Position numbers and translations under genes: made by a program. This document shows positions 23,729 through 32,000 of a stretch of DNA of 32,000 bases, one piece after another. The notes under the pieces are model-generated. The model had not been told where the DNA came from and made no database searches. It was given only the letters and a program-made list of their open reading frames with translations. Source of the stretch: Mesoplasma florum L1. GTDB lineage: Bacteria; Bacillota_I; Bacilli_A; Mycoplasmatales; Mycoplasmataceae. Every line of letters begins with the position of its first letter. Position 1 is the stretch's first letter. The stretch is taken from positions 480,001 through 512,000 of the forward strand of contig NC_006055.1 of the NCBI RefSeq assembly GCF_000008305.1. Reading direction: 5' to 3'.

Positions 23729-23731
23729 ATC

Positions 23732-26700
23732 TTAATTCTCATCTTTCTTTTTCTTTTTAATAAATATAGCTGCTATAGCAATTGCAACTATATTAAGTGC
23801 TGCTAGAATTCATAGTAATATACTTATTGTATTATTTCTTGTATTAATAGTAGTATTGTTTTTAATGAAGTCAAAGTTAGCTTGACCAATATACATTTTT
23901 GAATTATCTATTGGTTTAATAACTACTTTTGCACTATCTCCATCAATTACTACTTCTGTAATAACTTGATTTCATACAATATCGCTATTTTGTTCTTTAA
24001 TTATAGAAATTATTCCTGCTTCATTAAACTTATTTTTTGGAATTGAGTCAATAGAAACATTTATTATTAAATTTAAATCTTGTATTGGAGAAACCTTAAC
24101 TTCTAATTTACCAGAATACAAACTTGTTTCTTCTTTACCTTCAACAATTAAATTTCCACTTTCGTTTTTACTTATTTTTGTTTCTGATCAATTAATAACA
24201 GTATTTTGGTATTGTAATTTTAATGCATCTTCAAGTTTATTAATATTATCTATATCCTCTTGATTAACAAAAATACCATCTTTAAATTCTGCTTTATGCT
24301 CAGCTATATCGTATTGTAAATAGTATTTAGCATCAATTGAACCTTTATAATTTTCAGAATCATCATTTGCTACAATTTTAAAGTTAAATCTATCAATTAG
24401 TTCAATATGTAAATCTTCATATTTAATATCAGAATTTTTAATTTCTGCTTTTGACTGTTCCATTATTTGATTTTTTAAATTGATTATCAATTCTTCATTA
24501 GTATTACCATCAATATTTCATGCATCAACTTTTTTAATGTCTAAAGGTTTTATATTCAATGTTGATAAATCTTTTCTTGCTGGTTTTACATCAACCTCTA
24601 TAAATTGATTGTCTTGGGTTACTCCAACAAAGTCAGATCCAATTATTTCAGACTTTAAAGATGTTATTTTATATTTTAATGAATAAGAACTAACACGTTC
24701 AAATGATATATAAGACGAATCAACATTAGTTCAATGTTTTTGATTTTGTAAATAACTCATAATATCATAAGTATTCGTATCCTCATAAAAAATAAAGTCC
24801 TTAAATAAATCAGTTTCATTAAGATTCAATATTTTTGGAACATTAATTTCTTTATTATTTTGAAGAAGTTTTGAATCATCTGTTGCGGTTAAAGTAATTT
24901 TACCTTCTTTTTCTAATGTTGAATTATTGATTTTAAAGTTAAAATCTTGCTCTGTAACACTACTTAATCCTGTTATTAATTTTAATCTTCTTAATATTTC
25001 ATTTTTGTCAGTTAAATTTGATGAATCAGCAATTTTAAAGTCTTTTAAATTATATTTCAATTGCTCAATTGTGAATGTATTAAAATTGCTAACATTAATT
25101 GATACCGGTTTAGCTTTTACAACTATGTACCCTTCTTCTCCAACTTTTGCACTTTTTACTCTTTCAATATCAATATCATCAGCATTGATTTCAACTTTAA
25201 CAATTGGTTGATTAAGGTTCTCTTTAATTAATTCATTTATTGTTTGAATAATTTCTGCGTCAGAAGTTGTATTAGAAAGTGGTTTTTTGTTAAAATCTAA
25301 TTTTGATAAATCAATTGCATTAGTTGCAGGTAGAATAATAGTTTGTTCACCTTTTATTTGCAAAGCTGATTCTTTTGCTTTTACAGATATTGATCCGTTC
25401 TTACCAATGGCTGGATTAGCTATTTTTAATTCTTCTAACTGATTTTCTACTAGATCAGTTGTTAATTGACTTTTACCATTTATAGATTGAGCTACTATTG
25501 TGTTTACAATTTTGGTTCTATCAGTATCTTCATTAGTAAATTTAGTTTTTGAAATATCATAAACTAAATGAGGTATTAAAATTTTTTGTTGATTCATAAC
25601 AAGCTTAGAAGATGGATTAGCTTCTATTTGTATTTCACCATCTTTTTCATATGTTGATGGTTGAATTTTTATTGTTACATCTTCATTTGTTATTTTTGTT
25701 TCTGTAACTTTTGATAATGAAGCCAAAATTTCGGTATCTTTTATTTCATTTGATGGATTGATTTTACCTTCAATTGAATTTTCTGCATTAGCTAAATCAA
25801 TTTTGGCGCTATCGGTTGGTCTCAATTTAAGAATTGAAGTAATGACATTATTAGGTTGTTTTTCTTCATCAAAAAATTGAACATATAAATCATACCCTTC
25901 TCTATCATGTTCATCAGGTGTTTTTATTTCTCAATATTGTTCATCATCAGAAATTTTATTATAAATAACACCATTCTCAACTGGTGTTTCAGTTCCTTCA
26001 TGAACTAATAAAACTTTTGTTATATATGATTTAGCTGTTAATTTTAATAAATTATTAGATTTTGTGACATCATTTCAAATATAAACTTCACCTTTTGATC
26101 CTAAACTTCAATCTAATGAATTTGCTCCTATTAAATTAGATGATCTAAGAGTTTCTTGAAATTTATCGTTAAACACTCTATTAACTTGAGCTCTATCTGT
26201 TGTTGGTTTGTTTTTGGCAGTCACAGTTTTATATGTTTCATCTGCTTGGTACATAACACCATAATCAAACATACCACTATATCTTGGCAAACCGTCCTCA
26301 TATCGAACTGTTAAATTAGGGTTCAATTTAGTACCATCAATAATATACTTTGATGCAGAATATGAGTTCGATTTAACAATAGTTTTTGAATCATAGATAA
26401 CATATTTAGTTATTCGGTTAACTCATTGAACATCTCTGATATATCCATCTCCATCACTAGGATATGAAACTTCATCATTGCTTCTATCAATATATAAAGT
26501 TTTAGCAGTCTTTTTAATTTCACCTGATTCATGAGCTTCAAAATTAGTATTTTTACTTTCTGATAAACCTATATACATGCCTTCTGTATCAACAAAAATA
26601 TTATAGGCTTGTAATTGTTTATATTTTTCAATATTTGCTATAACTTCAACTTGATTTTCTGTTTTTTCTTCTCTATAAATAGAAACCTCTCCATCAACCA

Positions 26701-27511
26701 TAAAATATGTATTACTTGAATTATCTTCAATAGATACAATTGGATAATTTCCATAATTACTTGTTCCAGATGCTAAAGTAATTTCTTCTGATTTATTGAT
26801 GTAAATTTTATTAATTTGTCAATCTTTTCCATTATCATCTAACGTAGAATAAATTAAAGAATTATCAAATGAATTATATTTTACACTTTTAATAGATCTA
26901 TTGTAAACTTCAAGTTGAACTTGTTCAGATCCTGTTATTGGTTTTGGTTTAGGCGCAGATGGAAGTAAAAGTTGCCCAACTCCGCCAAGTATTCCACCAA
27001 CTCCACCAAGTATTCCACCAACTCCACCAATTATGCCACCAAGTCCACCAACTAAACCATAATTACTTGGTTGATCATTTAATCATTCAAATTTATATAT
27101 TTTAGAGTCATCAAAATAATAAGATATTTTATCATCTCCATAGAATATTGTTTTTCCTGAAACATCAAGTGGTGTTGTATTCTTATTAGTGCCTGCTTTG
27201 TAGACGTAGGCAACTTCTTTTGTTGGACCACTCATTTGTGAGTTCATTTTAGTTTTTGATAAACCTTGTACTTTTACTTTCTTATTATTTGGATCTGTAT
27301 AATTTCCTGTTCATGTAGTAATGCCATCTTTTTGATCAAAATAGGATTGTCTTACTTTTGTGCCAAATGTTAAAGCTGCTCTATTCATTGCCTCATACTC
27401 TAATATTTCATAATTTTTATTTGAATTGATTGAAAAATTAGCCAATTCAACAATATTAAATGAACCTTGACCAATAGTCAAAGCCGTTAAAAATGATAAT
27501 AAAAACTTCAT
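23732..27511 (-). CDS. large surface protein (1259 aa): signal peptide, Gly-zipper segment, repeated surface modules, C-terminal TM anchor
   Basis: Five track ORFs share one frame, and I checked all gaps for TAA/TAG and found none. N-terminus MKFLLSFLTALTIGQGS. Gly-zipper LVGGLGGIIGGVGGILGGVGGILGGVG. Repeated modules end ...E(K/E)(D/E)GxIx(I/V)xA. C-terminus ISILLWILAALNIVAIAIAAIFIKKKKKDEN. Confidence 0.85.
26971..27058 (-). repeat. 21-bp tandem coding repeat (GGxGGIx heptads)
   Basis: Two identical 21-mers, CCAAGTATTCCACCAACTCCA, sit at 26985-27005 and 27006-27026. A 17/21 copy follows at 27027-27047, with partial copies on both flanks. Confidence 0.85.
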
Positions 27512-27551
27512 TTGTTTGTCCCCTTATAGTATGTTTAATTTAATTTAAAAT

Positions 27552-27580
27552 ATTTTAACAATTAAAATTAATAAAGTCAA
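27552..27580 (-). promoter_or_regulatory. putative promoter of the surface-protein operon
   Basis: On the minus strand: TTGACT (27580-27575), 17 nt spacer, TAAAAT (27557-27552). This is about 40 nt upstream of ATG 27511, which has an AAGGGG RBS. Confidence 0.55.
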
Positions 27581-27596
27581 ATATATATATTTGTAA

Positions 27597-27620
27597 CAAA
27601 ACAAAAAACCCGTAAGGGTT

Positions 27621-27622
<2 letters not shown>
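27597..27622 (-). terminator. rho-independent terminator after GH1 gene 2
   Basis: AAAACCC-GTAA-GGGTTTT hairpin overlapping the stop codon, followed by a T-rich tract on the minus strand. Confidence 0.7.
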
Positions 27623-29046
<1,424 letters not shown>

Positions 29047-29063
<17 letters not shown>

Positions 29064-30591
29064 TTTTATTACCTTTAAATTTAAATATACTTTTTTGTTT
29101 TAATTCAGGAGTAAATCCGTATTCATCAAAAAGTATTTTATTTGTTCTTTCTTTAAAATATTTAACTTGACTTAAAACTATTGTCATAAATATTGTTATT
29201 GATATTCCCAAAATTACACTTAGTGTTCCTCAAACAATTGAACCACCAGCTCATTGTTCTACATTTATGCCTTGTGGTATAGTTGAAGCAAAACCGATTA
29301 TTCCTAAAATACCAAAAGGTGCTGCATTTGTTCAAACTCCAGCTGAAGTATACAATAAGCATCCAAAATATGTTCCTATAGCAGAAGCTATTAAAGGGAA
29401 AAGATATTTTAAAGAAATTGAATAAATAGCAGGCTCAGTTACTCCTGCGATAAATGCAGAAATACCATTAGAATATGCAATATTTTTTACTTCTTTACAG
29501 TTTTTGTTTAATCTTCCAAATGTTAAACAACCTACAGCTAAACAAATGTTAGAAATGATCATTAACCCCATTATAAAACTACCGTTAAATTTTAATATAT
29601 CTTGCATTAATATAGGTGTTATTGTTCTATGTAATCCAAATACTACCATTGGTGCATATAGCATTCCTATTAATGGTGAGAATATATATTTTGTTATATT
29701 ATGTGTCATTAAAAAGTTAAATGATATAGACATATAATTTGTTATTATTAATCCTGCTGGAGCAATTGTAAACATAGTTACAATAACTGTTCCAGCAATA
29801 ACAACCATTGGTTGAATAAGCATTCTAGCTCCACCTAAATTAACTTTATTCATCCCTCTTTCAATGAAAACTCCTAGTAAACCAACAAAAATCATCGGTA
29901 TTACTAAACCTTCAAATGAAACTTTTCATGGGAAAACAGCGTTTCCAAATATTTTTCAACCATGTTCATTCATTGCTTGTATTATTGTTTTACCACCATC
30001 AAGATCAAGTGCTGAAAGAGGTGTTAACATTGGACTAATAAGAATTGCGCCAATTGCTAAACCTATAATTGGTGTCCCTCCCATTACTCTAAATGTACTT
30101 CAACAAACTGCCATAACAATAAATCAACTTAATCCTTTTGAAATTAATTCCATAAAACTATTAATTTCAATTAATGTTGGAATTTCTGTTGAATTAGAAG
30201 ATAAGAAGAAAGGCGTTCTTACCATTTCTCACATTCCGTATACAACAAGCAAAATCATTATTGGGCTAAAAATTGATGAAACAAACATAATAAAAGTCAT
30301 TTTTTGTTTTTTAGTTTTTAACTCATCATTTGCGTTTTCATTTATTCCAGTTGTTTTTAAAAACATTTTATAAAAACTTTCAATTTCTGTTCCTATAACA
30401 ACTTGATATTCACCACCAACAATTAAAACACCTTTACATCATTTTTGCTTTTTGATTTCCTCAGTGTTAGCTTTTGTAATATCTACAAGTTTAAATCTCA
30501 TTCTAGAAATACAGTGACTTATTTTTTCAATATTTTCAGATCCACCAACATTTTCTAAAAGAAATACAATATTTTCTTTTGTAAATTTCAT
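29047..30591 (-). CDS. PTS beta-glucoside-family transporter EIIBC (locus 2, no EIIA)
   Basis: AAGGAG RBS, ATG at 30591. EIIB motif SHCISRMRF, EIIC with GVTEPAIY. The stop at 29047 overlaps the GH1 start by 17 nt. Confidence 0.9.
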
Positions 30592-30650
30592 AAAATTCTC
30601 CTTTGTATATATTTCAACTCATTTTTTATAAAAATGCTAAAGTAAAATAA

Positions 30651-30691
30651 AATACTAAACTAGTTTGTTTTCTAAAAACTAGTTTAGTATT
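30651..30691. repeat. perfect 16-bp inverted repeat (terminator or operator)
   Basis: AATACTAAACTAGTTT (30651-30666), 9 nt loop, AAACTAGTTTAGTATT (30676-30691). It overlaps the stop of rpiR-like gene 2 and lies about 60 nt upstream of the PTS start. Confidence 0.8.
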
Positions 30692-31436
30692 CTGTTGTCA
30701 TTAATAATTCCTCTAATAATTTAAATAAGTTTATTAATCAAAAATTTCTGTCAACATAATTTCTTTGACAAAGCTTATTATCAAAATACATAGCTTTAGT
30801 ATTATCATCATCAAATTTTCAGTTCGTTGAACAAATTATATAAACTTTAGAACCAATACTTGTTAAGTATTCATAAATTAATTTTAAACTTCCATTATCT
30901 CTTCCGGTTAAAATCAATAAAACAAGTTTCTTTTCTCATTCTATTTTTTTCAATTTATTTAAATCTTTTTCTAAATTAAAAATATTGGCTTGATAATCAT
31001 GTTTTTCTAAAACATCAATCAAAAAAGTTGATGCATATTGTGTTTGAAAACTTGGAAATAAAAATACTTCTTCTTTTTTCTTTATATCATTAGCAAACTC
31101 TATTAAAAAATCATAATTTTCTGAAATTCATTTTTCAAATGAAACATAATATTCTCTAACAGTTAAGTGTTTCGAGTAATTTGCATTTTTTTCTGTGAAA
31201 TTATTTTCATATTCAATTTTCAATCTAACTTGCAACTCACGAAATCCTGTGCATTCAGCTATTTTAGCAAATTGTGTAATTGTTGATTTACTTACAAAAC
31301 ATTTTTTAGCTAACTCATCTTGTGTTCTAAATAAACCTTTTGAAAAATCTTTAAGTATTTGTTGAGCAATTTGTTTAAAAGTTGTCTCTCTATTATCTCT
31401 ACTTAAATTGTCAACTTTTTTGTATATTGAATTCAT
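30684..31436 (-). CDS. RpiR/MurR-family transcriptional regulator (locus 2)
   Basis: HTH ...QDELAKKCFVSKSTITQFAKIAECTGFRELQVRLKIE... I translated through TGA 31128 to the TAA at 30684. Confidence 0.85.
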
Positions 31437-31457
31437 TTATCAATTTTCCCTTACTAA

Positions 31458-31925
31458 TTATTCTTCAATTAAATCTTTTACTTTCACTTTATTAATATAA
31501 TTACTTACATAAAATTTGAATTCTTCTTCATCCATAGAATCTTTCATTTTCATATTTGCATTACATATATTTCTACCTGAATATAGAATATTTAAAATAG
31601 CTATTATAGTTAAGAAGACTCAAACTCCATACATTCCTCAACCAATATATAAATCTAAATTATGAATAGGAAATACATCACCAACAATAATAGGAGTTAA
31701 GTTTAATTGAATCATCATGAAAAAGATTCCAAACATTAATGAAATAAATAAAGCTCAGTTTAATTTTATATAGCGATCTTTTCTTTCATTCTTTACATAT
31801 TCTAAATAAATAGTTTGTTTTTCAGTTAAATTTTTCATTTTTCAATGGCGATTAAGACTTGAAAATATTAATAAAATTACTCAAATAATAAAAACGGCTA
31901 TAATTGTTCATAAAAATGAAAACAT
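31458..31925 (-). CDS. small multi-TM membrane protein, hypothetical
   Basis: ATG 31925 lies 5 nt after GAGGGG. Hydrophobic segments MFSFLWTIIAVFIIWVILLIF, ALFISLMFGIFFMMI and WGMYGVWVFLTIIAIL. The stop is at 31458. The frame stays open upstream to 31976, so a non-ATG start near 31964 is possible. Confidence 0.65.
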
Positions 31926-31985
31926 ATTTGCCCCTCATGTTGATAAACCTGATGCTAATAAGATATAAATCACCTCTTAAGTATG

Positions 31986-31993
31986 ATTATACA
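31986..31993 (-). promoter_or_regulatory. extended -10 element (TGTATAAT)
   Basis: The minus strand reads TGTATAAT about 10 nt upstream of an AAGAGG Shine-Dalgarno. Any -35 element would lie at or beyond the window edge. Confidence 0.4.
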
Positions 31994-32000
31994 ATTTAAA

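Noticed and set aside
26971-27058. Possible CRISPR-like or noncoding tandem repeat
   Set aside because: The repeats are 21 bp, directly abutting with no spacers, and lie in frame inside a verified 1259-codon ORF encoding Gly-rich heptads. This is a coding microsatellite, not a CRISPR array.
29162-29362. 66-aa minus-strand ORF inside the PTS EIIC 3' region
   Set aside because: It is out of frame with the EIIC gene, which continues through TGA codons to the TAA at 29047.

Overview
This is an AT-rich Mollicutes chromosome segment, Mesoplasma/Entomoplasma or Mycoplasma mycoides-group-like, read with genetic code 4 (TGA = Trp). The supplied ORF track used the standard code. Most conserved genes are therefore split at TGA codons, and the pieces rejoin in frame; I checked many joins codon by codon. 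After merging I count 24 CDS, 22 on the minus strand. In window order they are: a partial acidic hypothetical, a membrane-anchored Lys-rich hypothetical, mnmA, and an AzgA/NCS2 purine permease. The permease is preceded by a purine riboswitch with a U discriminator (adenine type) plus a terminator platform. Next come the heat-shock cluster hrcA-grpE-dnaK-dnaJ and an N-domain-less clpB, each behind a CIRCE operator, then thyA and ruvA-ruvB. Two tandem paralogous ABC exporter genes follow, and the upstream one has its ATG/RBS out of frame across an A7 tract. There are two diverged RpiR + PTS EIIBC + GH1 phospho-beta-glucosidase loci. Between those loci lies an accessory block: a DUF2130-like Zn-ribbon/coiled-coil/nuclease-like protein, a two-TM membrane-tethered HU/IHF-fold protein, and a 1259-aa signal-peptide surface protein. 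The surface protein carries a glycine-zipper 21-bp tandem repeat, repeated surface modules and a C-terminal TM anchor. A small membrane protein closes the window. I saw no rRNA, tRNA, CRISPR array, transposase or integrase. The best candidate for something undescribed is the translationally coupled pair of surface protein and membrane-tethered HU-fold protein, possibly together with the neighbouring DUF2130-like gene.
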